From positions 64,001 through 128,000 of the forward strand of contig JBBRSB010000001.1 of NCBI GenBank assembly GCA_038245785.1: a stretch of 64,000 bases of DNA, written 5' to 3'. The DNA comes from Gloeobacterales cyanobacterium (GTDB taxonomy: Bacteria; Cyanobacteriota; Cyanobacteriia; Gloeobacterales; PMM-0068). Both the position numbers and the translations under genes were made by a program. The notes below the pieces were generated by a model. It saw nothing but the letters and a program-made list of their open reading frames with translations, was not told the origin of the DNA and made no database searches. Shown here piece after piece: positions 9,140 through 18,653 of the stretch (position 1 is its first letter; every line of letters starts with the position of its first letter).

Positions 9140-10990
9140 TCATGCCTTCGATTGTAGAAAATAACGGACGCTGGTCACTACCCGCCCCCGTTTAAAGAGC
9201 AAGGCTGAACGCACTAAGAGTGAAGTTTGGTTATGGAGCAGGTTTTCCCACCAGTGAGCTGTGACAAAAGTGGGTAAGACCACCGTCATATAGACTTCTG
9301 GAGGATAGTTCTCTTCTGCTTTATTCACAAACTCCACAATCGGCATTACTACCGAACGGTAGGGAGAGTCCAAAATGACCAACGGAATGTCTGCTTCTAA
9401 GTCTGCCCACTGTCTTTGCAGCTTTTCCCGGTCTGTAGAACCGATATCGATATGGACGGCGGTGACATCATCCCCAATTGCCCGCGCATAGTCTAGAGCT
9501 TCTATCGTTCCCCGATGGAGGGATCCGGCCAAGACGATTACCGGATGGGTCGCATTGGTCACCTTTGGCCTTGGAGGATAGGACCGAGGCTGAACTTTTT
9601 GCAGGGTTAATTGTGCTGCCACACTCTGATAGTGTTTGCGAATAGCCAAGAATAAGCTGACCAGTAAGGGAATGGCTACTACTACGGCCCAAGCGCCCAA
9701 GAGAAATTTAGTGGCTGCAATAATCGTCAAGACGATAAGTGTGACCAAAGCACCAATGCCATTCATCAAGGCGCTGGCTTGCCAGCCTTGCGTCTTCTCC
9801 CGAAACCAGTAGCGGACCATACCTGTTTGCGAAAGCGTAAACGAAGTAAATACTCCTACGGCATAGAGGGGGATGATCGCTGTTGTATCGCCTTGAAAAA
9901 TGACGACCAAGACAATCGCACAAAGACTAAGGAGAATAACCCCATTAGAGAAAACGAGACGGTCGCCCAAGAGGGAGAGCTGTCTGGGTAAAAAGCCATC
10001 CCGTGCCAGAAAATAAGACAGTCTAGGAAAGTCCGCAAAGCTTGTATTAGCGGCCAGAATCAGAATCAAGAAGGTGGCCACCTGCAAGAAATAATAGAGC
10101 GGTCCCGTTCCCAAGATTTGGCGAGCAAGCAGAGAAACGGAGGTCTGTCCTTCTTCCGGGACGATGTGGTAAATATTTGCGAGATAGGTCACCCCAATGA
10201 ATAGACTGCCCAGGATAAGACCCATGTAGAGCAGCGTAGTTCGGGCATTCTTCCACTCAGGCGTTTTAAAGGCTAAGACCCCATCGGAAATCGCTTCCAC
10301 ACCCGTCAAAGCCGTGCATCCTGCGGCAAAGGCCCTGAGAACTAAAAAGAGGGTCAGGGGCTCTTTAGCCTGAATCAAAGCAGGTGCGTCTGTGACCTGA
10401 CCCGTAAGTGCCTGATAAAGACCTAAACCAATCAGCAGAAATAGGCTGACGATAAAGGTATAGGTCGGAATCATAAACAGTCTGCCCGATTCTCGCAGAC
10501 CTCTCAGATTGGCCAGCATCAGTAAAAAGATGAAAAGGACGCATAGCTCTACCCGAAAAGGGAAAAGTGTGGGAACCGCTGAAGTTAAGGCGGCAACCCC
10601 AGCGGAGACGCTGACGGCCACGGTCAAGATGTAATCAATCATCAAGGAGCCGCCAGCGATTAGTCCTGGATAGAGTCCCAAATTTTCTCGTGCCACGATG
10701 TAGGCCCCGCCTCCTTTCGGATAGGCCCGAATCGTCTGTCGATAAGAAAGAATAATGATGGCCAACAGTAGAATAATGGCCCCAGCAATAGGCATTGAAA
10801 TACTCAAAGCTCCCGATCCGGCTAAGACTAGAACGACGAGGATTTCCTCCGTTGCATAGGCTACAGAAGAAAGGGCATCGGACGAGAGAACGGCCAATCC
10901 TGCTGCATTACTTAACCGTTCTTCGTCGTGGGCACTAGTAGGAAGAGGATCGCCTAACAAGAAGCGTTTCAGCTGCAGGTAGGAAGCCAT
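9140..10990 (-). CDS. APC-family permease (KimA-like K+ or amino-acid transporter)
   Basis: SSDALSSVAYATEE, GCTALTGVEAISDG, C-terminal SPYRS and WWENLLHNQ. Confidence 0.85.
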   Translation of the reverse strand: MASYLQLKRFLLGDPLPTSAHDEERLSNAAGLAVLSSDALSSVAYATEEILVVLVLAGSGALSISMPIAGAIILLLAIIILSYRQTIRAYPKGGGAYIVARENLGLYPGLIAGGSLMIDYILTVAVSVSAGVAALTSAVPTLFPFRVELCVLFIFLLMLANLRGLRESGRLFMIPTYTFIVSLFLLIGLGLYQALTGQVTDAPALIQAKEPLTLFLVLRAFAAGCTALTGVEAISDGVLAFKTPEWKNARTTLLYMGLILGSLFIGVTYLANIYHIVPEEGQTSVSLLARQILGTGPLYYFLQVATFLILILAANTSFADFPRLSYFLARDGFLPRQLSLLGDRLVFSNGVILLSLCAIVLVVIFQGDTTAIIPLYAVGVFTSFTLSQTGMVRYWFREKTQGWQASALMNGIGALVTLIVLTIIAATKFLLGAWAVVVAIPLLVSLFLAIRKHYQSVAAQLTLQKVQPRSYPPRPKVTNATHPVIVLAGSLHRGTIEALDYARAIGDDVTAVHIDIGSTDREKLQRQWADLEADIPLVILDSPYRSVVMPIVEFVNKAEENYPPEVYMTVVLPTFVTAHWWENLLHNQTSLLVRSALLFKRGRVVTSVRYFLQSKA

Positions 10991-11358
10991 AAATAATTTT
11001 TCACCTGAAAATTGGTAATGTGCCTATCTTGACCATATCTTTTCGAGCAGGCAGTTGATCACTTTCACTAATGTTTATAGCTAAGTGCTAGCTAATAACG
11101 CTCAAGACAGACTGTAGTAAACAATGTGAACTGTGCAAACCGTTCCTAGCTAAACGCACCCAAATCTAGAATTCTCTGACGCTCACCTAAAAGTATTTGT
11201 TCTAAACAACCCAAACAAACTCTAAAGCTTTTCTGAAGATTATTTGTATCTAATAAAACCTCCAAGCAAACCGTAGCTAAACGCACAGCTGAAACTGTTC
11301 ACTTCTAGTTCACTGTCATCCAACAGGAAAATGCAGTCCTGAATCAGGAGTCAGCGTC

Positions 11359-11745
11359 ATGGCAGTCTATCCCAAACAACAAGAGAAAAAGTCTCTTATC
11401 AAGGGGCAATATAGAACCCCCTGGTTATCCAACTCAGCATTGCGCCCGGCCCTGTTCTTACTCTTGGGATTTTTGCTACTTTCTTCTCTTCTTCTCGCTG
11501 GGGTATGGCTTTTCTTACCTCAGGAATCAAACTTGTGGACCACAGCCTGTGGGCTCCTCGTCCTTTATATGGTTCTTCGCAACGGAATAAAGTTTTGGAA
11601 GCTCAAAGGCACTTTGGCTGATCCTGAAGCCCAATTCCGTATGGAAAACTTTCGCTTTTGGCGAGACAACCCCAAAACCAGCTGGGCACCTAAATCCAAC
11701 CGGGCACAACGTCGCGCTAAATCCAGGTCCAACCTTGTTTCGTGA
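11359..11745 (+). CDS. Small hypothetical membrane protein (about 2 TM) upstream of amt
   Basis: AGGAG ribosome-binding site before ATG; two hydrophobic segments. Confidence 0.6.
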   Translation: MAVYPKQQEKKSLIKGQYRTPWLSNSALRPALFLLLGFLLLSSLLLAGVWLFLPQESNLWTTACGLLVLYMVLRNGIKFWKLKGTLADPEAQFRMENFRFWRDNPKTSWAPKSNRAQRRAKSRSNLVS

Positions 11746-11758
11746 GGACTCTAATTTC

Positions 11759-13342
11759 ATGAATAGAGATAGATGGAAGCTCCCTCTTGCTAGTGCTTTG
11801 GGGGCGGTGGTCTTGGTAGGCTGCATGGGGCTTGCTGCTCATGCGGCGGGGGACCCAACGGGTTCTGCGGTGGATTGGTCAAGGGTCAGCAAAACGGCTC
11901 CCGACCTTAAAACCGTAGCGAACACCGTTGGCAACTTGAAAGTCGGCCTGAATATGACGTGGACCCTAATGACAGGGTTTTTAGTGTTCTTCATGCAAGC
12001 AGGTTTTGCGCTGGTGGAGACGGGATTCTGTCGCGCAAAGAACTCTGCCCACACGATGATGATGAACCTGATGGTTTTTTGCGTAGGCCTGGCTGGTTTT
12101 TTCACCTGCGGCTTTGCCTTTATGTTTGGAGGCTTCGGCGAAACCCTAACCTTGGGTGATACCAGCAAAGTTATGGATGGCATGCTGACCATCGGCGGTT
12201 TTGACCTGATTGGGACCAAAGGCTTCTTCCTCAGTGGAGACTTTTACGACGTCTCTGTTTTGACCTTATTTCTTTTCCAGTTGGTTTTTATGGATACCGC
12301 TGCAACGATTCCCACGGGGTCTACAGCAGAACGTATTCAGTGGCGAGGCTTTCTGCTGATGGGCCTTTGGGTCAGCATGTTTATCTATCCCCTAATCGGC
12401 TGTTGGGTTTGGGGAGGCGGTTGGCTAGCGGATCTGGGAACGCGATTCGGTCTTGGTCATGGGGTCGTGGATTTTGCGGGTTCTGGTGTGGTGCATATGG
12501 TCGGCGGGGCTGTCGCGCTGGCCGGATGTATTGTGATTGGCCCGCGCATTGGTAAATACGGCAAAGACGGAAGCGTGAATGCCATCCCTGGGCACAACTT
12601 GCCGATGGGTATTCTGGGGGTGATCATTCTATTCTTCGGTTGGTTTGGATTTAACCCTGGTTCTACCTTGGCTGCCACAGACCTCCGGATCGCCAATGTG
12701 GCGGTTACAACCATGGTCGCTGGCGGTTTTGGCGGTTTGGCTGCTATGTTCCGCATGTGGATCTGGGAAGGGAAACCGGACCCTGGCTATTCCTGTAATG
12801 GAGTACTGGCTGGTTTAGTTGCGATTACGGCTCCCTGTGCTTTTGTAGACCCTCTGACGGCTGCCTTGATCGGCACCTTGGCCGGAGGTTGGGTGTGTGA
12901 CTCTGGTCTATTTATCGAGCGCAAACTGAAGCTTGATGATCCTGTGGGCGCTATTGCCGTCCATTTCTGCAATGGAGCTTGGGGGCTAGTTGCACTGGGC
13001 CTGTTTGCGGACGGTAAGTACGGAGCAGGCTGGAATGGAGTTGGTGCGGATAAGTACCTGGGTGAAGCAGGCAAAGGCGTAACAGGCCTCTTCTATGGAG
13101 ATTCCTCTCAGTTGATCGCCCAATTGGTCCAATGTGGTGCGATCATCGTCTTCGCTTTTGGCCTCTCCTATGTCTTCTTTTCGATTCTCAAAGCGATCAA
13201 CTGGCTAAGAGTTTCCAAAGAAATGGAGCTGTCTGGTTTAGATGTGCCGGAAATGGGTATTTGGGGTTATCCCGACCCTGAAGCATCCTTCGCCCCATCC
13301 TATGGTGCCAGTAATCCAGCGATGCAATCACAGCAGGAATAG
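11759..13342 (+). CDS. amt: Ammonium transporter
   Basis: FFMQAGFALVETG, DFAGSGVVH, WFGFNPGS, LDDPVGAIAVH. Confidence 0.95.
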   Translation: MNRDRWKLPLASALGAVVLVGCMGLAAHAAGDPTGSAVDWSRVSKTAPDLKTVANTVGNLKVGLNMTWTLMTGFLVFFMQAGFALVETGFCRAKNSAHTMMMNLMVFCVGLAGFFTCGFAFMFGGFGETLTLGDTSKVMDGMLTIGGFDLIGTKGFFLSGDFYDVSVLTLFLFQLVFMDTAATIPTGSTAERIQWRGFLLMGLWVSMFIYPLIGCWVWGGGWLADLGTRFGLGHGVVDFAGSGVVHMVGGAVALAGCIVIGPRIGKYGKDGSVNAIPGHNLPMGILGVIILFFGWFGFNPGSTLAATDLRIANVAVTTMVAGGFGGLAAMFRMWIWEGKPDPGYSCNGVLAGLVAITAPCAFVDPLTAALIGTLAGGWVCDSGLFIERKLKLDDPVGAIAVHFCNGAWGLVALGLFADGKYGAGWNGVGADKYLGEAGKGVTGLFYGDSSQLIAQLVQCGAIIVFAFGLSYVFFSILKAINWLRVSKEMELSGLDVPEMGIWGYPDPEASFAPSYGASNPAMQSQQE

Positions 13343-13357
13343 GACATTTAAACACGC

Positions 13358-13385
13358 GTAGGGGCGCAAAACTTTGCGCCCCTAC
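13358..13385. repeat. Perfect palindrome, REP-like (GTAG...CTAC), between convergent genes
   Basis: GTAGGGGCGCAAA-AC-TTTGCGCCCCTAC, 13-bp arms. Confidence 0.7.
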
Positions 13386-13432
13386 TGCTATCAAAACGGC
13401 AGGTTGAATCGATAAAACCAATACCTAACCGA

Positions 13433-14485
13433 TCACCGAAGTTTTTGGGCTGAATATAGATCGTGCAATTTTTTTTGTAGGATATCTTTTTTTTTCGCGA
13501 CATCTTCATAGAGGCCCAGCAAGTTTTTTATCCGCTGCTGATGATTGGCTTGGCGAGAAGCAAACAAATTCGAATTCCAGCCAAAGTAGGTATCTTCGTA
13601 GTAATCGATCAAATAGCGACTCGCCAGCTCTAGAGTAATCAGTTGAATCCCTTGGGGAATATAAGCCACTTCCGCAAAATCTAAGATAATACCGCTAGTA
13701 AAATAGCCCTCTAAAGCACACTCAAACATGGCGACATTAAATTGGTTGGACTCTTGCGCAGACGTTCTCCAAGAGCGCAAAGCATCTCCCCATTCAATTG
13801 CTAAGGGTGCATACATTAACGTGTCTAAATCAATCAAGCCAGTAGGTTCTCCCTGGTCGTTAAAAAGCAAATTGTTACTTTTCAAGTCTCCATGAATGAT
13901 CCTGGTTGGTAAATCTTGGGGAAGGAATAGAGGCTGTATGACGTTTGTTATGCGTTCTGTCCAGCGTTGATGCTCCTCTATGACCTCGAAGCGTTGGGGG
14001 AGAGCGCATAGGTCCTTCAAAATCTTAGGCGTGTCATGAAAGCCTTCGTAGTGATAGGTAAAGTGGTACTGCAAGTCCTGAAGAAGATGATGAAATTTCC
14101 CAATTAACTGCCCTGCCCCATAGGCATAGTCCAGAGAAGGGAATTTGGCCCAAGATTTACCTGCTAAAGCGGTCATCATCCGCCACAGGTGACCTTTCCA
14201 GGGATATACCCAGCTTCCTTGCCAGGACTTGAGGAATAGGGGCACAGGGAACTGATATTGATGCAGGTAGGCCGCAATCAAAGCACTATCTTCTACGGTC
14301 TCGGCGGTAAAGACGGCATTCAATGCTTGAAGAATATATTCTTGATCGGGCGTCTCTACCCAGTAAGTCTGATTGACTAAGCCCCCAGCACAGGGGAAAA
14401 CGGCCAAAATCTCAATATTCTGCCCCAGAAAGGCAGTAGCTATATGGATCAATTCTTCTGAACTCAGGATTGCATGCTCCGTCAT
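13433..14485 (-). CDS. APH / homoserine-kinase-II-like phosphotransferase
   Basis: GLVNQTY, IIHGDLKSNNLLF, LIDLDT, WGDALRS. Confidence 0.85.
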   Translation of the reverse strand: MTEHAILSSEELIHIATAFLGQNIEILAVFPCAGGLVNQTYWVETPDQEYILQALNAVFTAETVEDSALIAAYLHQYQFPVPLFLKSWQGSWVYPWKGHLWRMMTALAGKSWAKFPSLDYAYGAGQLIGKFHHLLQDLQYHFTYHYEGFHDTPKILKDLCALPQRFEVIEEHQRWTERITNVIQPLFLPQDLPTRIIHGDLKSNNLLFNDQGEPTGLIDLDTLMYAPLAIEWGDALRSWRTSAQESNQFNVAMFECALEGYFTSGIILDFAEVAYIPQGIQLITLELASRYLIDYYEDTYFGWNSNLFASRQANHQQRIKNLLGLYEDVAKKKDILQKKLHDLYSAQKLR

Positions 14486-14848
14486 GCAGTCAGCGTACCA
14501 AAACGGAGGAGTGGAGATATAGGGATCGTTGCAAAAAAGGGAGAACGACGAACGATCGTCTGTTATTTTCCTGGCATTCCATAGCATCAATACAGGAGTG
14601 CCAAAATAGATTTCTTCGCCAAAGTTTAGAGATTTTTAGCTCAAGTCTGTATCATGGCATAAGACGCTTTTATACCGTGTAATTACGCCGCTCTCTCACG
14701 ATTTCACTAAATTTCGTGAGTTTTCTTGTATATATAAAAATTTAGTTGAAGAAATATTTGTTTTGCTATGTGTGATACATCCGGGGGTGCTTTTGGGCAC
14801 TTATAAACAAGTTCTTCCTCTCTCTAGCAGGGAAATATATTACTTGCC

Positions 14849-16351
14849 ATGAAAAATTCGCCTTTTTCTTCCGGTTTTTCCGTGAAGACCCCTGGTTTGC
14901 TTGCGCTCAGGTCCACTCTGTCCTCTTATCTCCCGCTAAGGCTCCGTAGCTGCTCACTTAGAGACTACGGAAAAAATACGATTCGGTCCACCCTAGTTAG
15001 CCTTGCGCTACTCGCATTGTCTTGTCTCCCTTCCCATGCGCAGGCTCAAGGTACGGGTAATGGGCTAAAAGCTAACTATCGCAATGGGACTGACGCAGCC
15101 AAAAGCAGCATCATCTTTACAAGAACGGATGCCAAGATTGATTTCAATTGGGGTTTAGGGTCTCCGGCCTCATCAGTTCCTGCAAACCAATTTTCGGTCA
15201 ACTGGGAAGGGGAAATTCAGCCACGCTACTCAGGCGAATACACGTTCTATGGCACTTCTGATGATGGCAACGTAGTCGTAATCAATGGACAGACCATCGT
15301 CTATGACCCCAATCCGCATGCGGCACGTACAGCTACTGGGAAAATAACCCTAGAAGCAGGAAAGAGATATCCAATAAAAGTGTACTTCTACGAAGCTGCA
15401 GGCGACGCCTCGATGAGGCTAGAGTGGTCTTCGGCCAATCAGCCCCGTGAAGTAGTTCCCACCAGTCAGCTCTATAGTGGTGCAGCAGCTTCCGCACCAA
15501 CATCCACGCCCACCCCAACACCAACCCCCACGCCTAAGCCTGCCCCAACACCAGCGCCTGTCGGGTCAGCGGGTGACCAAGCCAATCAGACCTTCCAAGC
15601 AGCGGTTAATTTCGACTATGAAGGAGAGAATGGGGTCCCTTACACAGGAGGACCCTCCATTGGTTATCCCGAAGGAGTACCGAATGGCTATTCATGGAAA
15701 TTTGGTGGCGGTGGACTGGACAACGTAGCCAATGGTATTAAAGGTCGCGGACCCCAAAGTGCTCTTTCAGCCTACAATCAGGTCTACAAACATCGGCCGG
15801 GGGATGAGCCTCACCCCAATGCTCGTGTTGAGACTGAGAATATGGTGGTCAAATATCACTCTATCTCCCAGAACAAATGGATCACTGTAATTAGTCAGCC
15901 TACGAGTGGCGCTGCCTTCGCAGAGGATTTTGTGAATAACCAAGCCACGGGTGCTGATGCTCAGACCTTGCCAAATGGAAATATTTCCTTGAGATCTGGT
16001 ATCGGTAATGCCTCTGGCGAAGCTGGTGGGACTACGGGCCGCGTCACCGATGATGGCCCTGTAGGATTTAACTATCATGGTTTTGGAAATAGAGTTGCTC
16101 TACCTTGGGCCGATGCAGATGCTGTCCTGATCTATCAACGGATGAGATGTACAGGATCGGATTGTTCCTTTAACCCGTACATTGCTCAAATCGGTATTGA
16201 TAGCTGGGCCACCACAACCTCTAACTATGACAACTTTGCCACTCATGGTGGTGTTAGTGGAGGGAGATTTAAGCCTGTGCTACCTCAATGGCAGTATTTT
16301 ACAAACTTTGTGGGACCTGCCTCTTTGAAAAATAGTGTGCCAAGCCCATAA
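14849..16351 (+). CDS. Secreted PA14-domain protein with Pro/Thr linker and unrecognised C-terminal domain
   Basis: GNGLKANY, IDFNWG, FSVNWEG, SDDG; TPTPTP linker; AQA signal-like site. Confidence 0.85.
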   Translation: MKNSPFSSGFSVKTPGLLALRSTLSSYLPLRLRSCSLRDYGKNTIRSTLVSLALLALSCLPSHAQAQGTGNGLKANYRNGTDAAKSSIIFTRTDAKIDFNWGLGSPASSVPANQFSVNWEGEIQPRYSGEYTFYGTSDDGNVVVINGQTIVYDPNPHAARTATGKITLEAGKRYPIKVYFYEAAGDASMRLEWSSANQPREVVPTSQLYSGAAASAPTSTPTPTPTPTPKPAPTPAPVGSAGDQANQTFQAAVNFDYEGENGVPYTGGPSIGYPEGVPNGYSWKFGGGGLDNVANGIKGRGPQSALSAYNQVYKHRPGDEPHPNARVETENMVVKYHSISQNKWITVISQPTSGAAFAEDFVNNQATGADAQTLPNGNISLRSGIGNASGEAGGTTGRVTDDGPVGFNYHGFGNRVALPWADADAVLIYQRMRCTGSDCSFNPYIAQIGIDSWATTTSNYDNFATHGGVSGGRFKPVLPQWQYFTNFVGPASLKNSVPSP

Positions 16352-16366
16352 ATAGTGGGTAGAAGA

Positions 16367-16398
16367 AAAAGCCCCCTTTGTTAACAAAGGGGGCTTTT
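16367..16398. terminator. Bidirectional intrinsic terminator
   Basis: AAAAGCCCCCTTTG-TTAA-CAAAGGGGGCTTTT between convergent genes. Confidence 0.85.
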
Positions 16399-16414
16399 GT
16401 CTTTATTAGCAGGG

Positions 16415-17182
16415 TTAACGGGCTTGCCCTGATGTAGGCAGCCCTTCTGCCTGAATCATCTGCTCTAAGCGTGCCACGCGGTTTTGGGGACCAGGGTGGG
16501 TGCTCAGAAATTCTGGTGTGCTGCTAGCGCTGTAGAGCTTTCTCAAAAATCGTGGGAGAGCATCGGCGGGATAACCAGCACGCGCTAGGGTATGAATCCC
16601 TAAACGGTCCGCTTCGTACTCATCATCCCGGCTATAGTTCCGCGAGACGAGTCCTACTCCAATGTTTACCAGCGTGTTTTGGTCCACGCCTAAAAGGGCA
16701 CTTCCTGTCTGCGCAAGAGCCGATTGTTTCATCTGCTGAATACTGTGTTTCGCGGAGATATGACCGACTTCATGGGCCAGAACGCCCGCCAATTCTGCTT
16801 CATCGCCGCTGACGGTTTGGAGGAGTCCCGTTGTCACATAGACAAAACCGCCTAGGGTGGCGAAGGCATTGATGCTTTTGTCCTGAGCTACCTGGAAGGT
16901 ATAGGGCAGATTGGGTCGGTCACTGGCTTGAGCAACTCGCTGTCCCACTCGTTGCACGAGTGCATTGAGGTTGGGGTCACTGTTAAGCTTGACTTCTGAT
17001 GAAGCAACAAGCTGCTTATTAATTTGTTGTCCCAAGGTTACTTCTTGCTGGGGAGAAATATTCGATACAGAGTAGTACTGGGCAGCTCCCCGGACTAAGT
17101 CCTGCCAACCAATCGCATAACTAGGCGTTGCGGTGATGAGAAGGGCACTGCTGAGCAGGCCGACTAGGAGTTGTTTTTTCAT
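16415..17182 (-). CDS. M48-family zinc metalloprotease, exported
   Basis: INAFA, LAHEVGH, EYEAD, FLSTHP. Confidence 0.9.
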   Translation of the reverse strand: MKKQLLVGLLSSALLITATPSYAIGWQDLVRGAAQYYSVSNISPQQEVTLGQQINKQLVASSEVKLNSDPNLNALVQRVGQRVAQASDRPNLPYTFQVAQDKSINAFATLGGFVYVTTGLLQTVSGDEAELAGVLAHEVGHISAKHSIQQMKQSALAQTGSALLGVDQNTLVNIGVGLVSRNYSRDDEYEADRLGIHTLARAGYPADALPRFLRKLYSASSTPEFLSTHPGPQNRVARLEQMIQAEGLPTSGQAR

Positions 17183-17396
17183 ATCCCTATCCTAACGTTG
17201 AAGATAGGTCGATGTAAGCGTTTTTAGGCCTTCTGATTTACGCGAAAGAGCAATTTATAAAAACGATTGCACCATGCGCGAATCGCTTTGCGGCTCACCT
17301 CAATGCCCCAATAGAATCATCAGGACAAGTAAAAATTCAGGTAAAATGTGGACATTAGGCCCGCTCAAAATGATGTCTGAAACAGCCAGAGATGCT

Positions 17397-17738
17397 ATGA
17401 AGTCTGAAGATCACCTAGAGTTTTTAGCCCCTGACAAGATTCGCATCTTAGGCACACGTATCGGGCTAGAGAACATTCTCCATCGGCTCATTGACTACGC
17501 TTGTAAACCTGAGGCTCTTGTTGAGCAATTTCCCTCACTCACCTTAGAGCAGATCTATGCTTCCTTGGAGTACTATCAACAGCACCGACAAGAAGTTGAT
17601 CAATACTTAGCGGAATGAAGATCACAGACGGAGCGCTTACAAGCTGAGCAAGATCTGAATCCTTCCCCAGACATTGCCCGACTGCGTAAGCGGAAGACTG
17701 TTTATATCCAGGCGAAACAGGCGGTTGAAACTAAATAG
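17397..17738 (+). pseudogene. DUF433-family protein interrupted by an in-frame TGA at 17616-17618
   Basis: IRILGTRIGLE and FPSLTLEQIYA motifs; frame stays open for 39 more codons after the TGA. Confidence 0.65.
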
Positions 17739-17768
17739 TGGCCAAGATTCAGTTCCTTATTCTAGAAA

Positions 17769-18635
17769 CTACAGCCAATGACTAAGAATCATTCCTGCCA
17801 GTAGTAAAAAACCAATCTGAACATTTTCACTCAGCCCTTTAGGAAACAAAGCGGCACTGTTCGGCCCAATCAGCTGTAGATATTCTTTTAGCCAAAGGCC
17901 GAAGGCAACAAGTAGGGCCAGATAGAAAGGCCAGCTCAAACTCAACTGCCAACCCAAAGCGGCAAGCAAGAGCGTGGTGAGGAAGAAGAAGAGGCCAATG
18001 GCCTGAGGCGCGGCTTGGCCGAAGAAAATAGCACTAGAGTTAATGCCAACTTTGAGGTCGTCTTCCCGGTCAGAGAGAGCGTAAATCGTATCAAATCCCA
18101 AAGTCCAGAAAACAGTGGCCCCCCATAGCAGCCAAGCGGCAGGTTCCAAGCCTCCGGTAACGGAAGACCAACTAATCAGGGCAGCAAAGCCCCAAGCGAT
18201 AGAGAGGACCACTTGGGGAACGGGGAATACCCGTTTGGCTCCAGGATATAGGGCAATGACAGGAACAGCAGCGAGACAGAGCCCAAACGTAAAAGGGTTT
18301 AAGAAAAAGGCAAAACCGGCTGCACAAGCTAGAGAGGCTAAACCCGTGACAATCGCCACGTTTATGGTTAGCTCGCGGGAAGCCAAAGGTCTTTTGCGGG
18401 TGCGTTCCACCAAAGGGTCAATATCTTTGTCCCAAAGGTCATTGATCACACAGCCAGCGGCAGAAGTGGCAAAACTTCCCAAGACCATGATGCCGACCAG
18501 AGCAGGAGAGGGAGTACCTCTAGCGGCTAGAAATACGCCCCACAGGGCCGGAATCATCAGAATGAATCGTCCAGCAGGTTTATCCCATCTCAGTAAGCGA
18601 AAAACAGCATCTAGGGTTGTCGGGGTTTGAAGCAT
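17769..18635 (-). CDS. ubiA: 4-hydroxybenzoate solanesyl/polyprenyltransferase
   Basis: LLRWDKPAG, NDLWDKDID..V.RT..RPLAS, FDTIYALSDREDD. Confidence 0.92.
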   Translation of the reverse strand: MLQTPTTLDAVFRLLRWDKPAGRFILMIPALWGVFLAARGTPSPALVGIMVLGSFATSAAGCVINDLWDKDIDPLVERTRKRPLASRELTINVAIVTGLASLACAAGFAFFLNPFTFGLCLAAVPVIALYPGAKRVFPVPQVVLSIAWGFAALISWSSVTGGLEPAAWLLWGATVFWTLGFDTIYALSDREDDLKVGINSSAIFFGQAAPQAIGLFFFLTTLLLAALGWQLSLSWPFYLALLVAFGLWLKEYLQLIGPNSAALFPKGLSENVQIGFLLLAGMILSHWL

Positions 18636-18653
18636 AGGTTCGGCTTTTGACTA

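Noticed and set aside
15494..15560. Tandem DNA repeat
   Set aside because: Simply encodes the Pro/Thr linker
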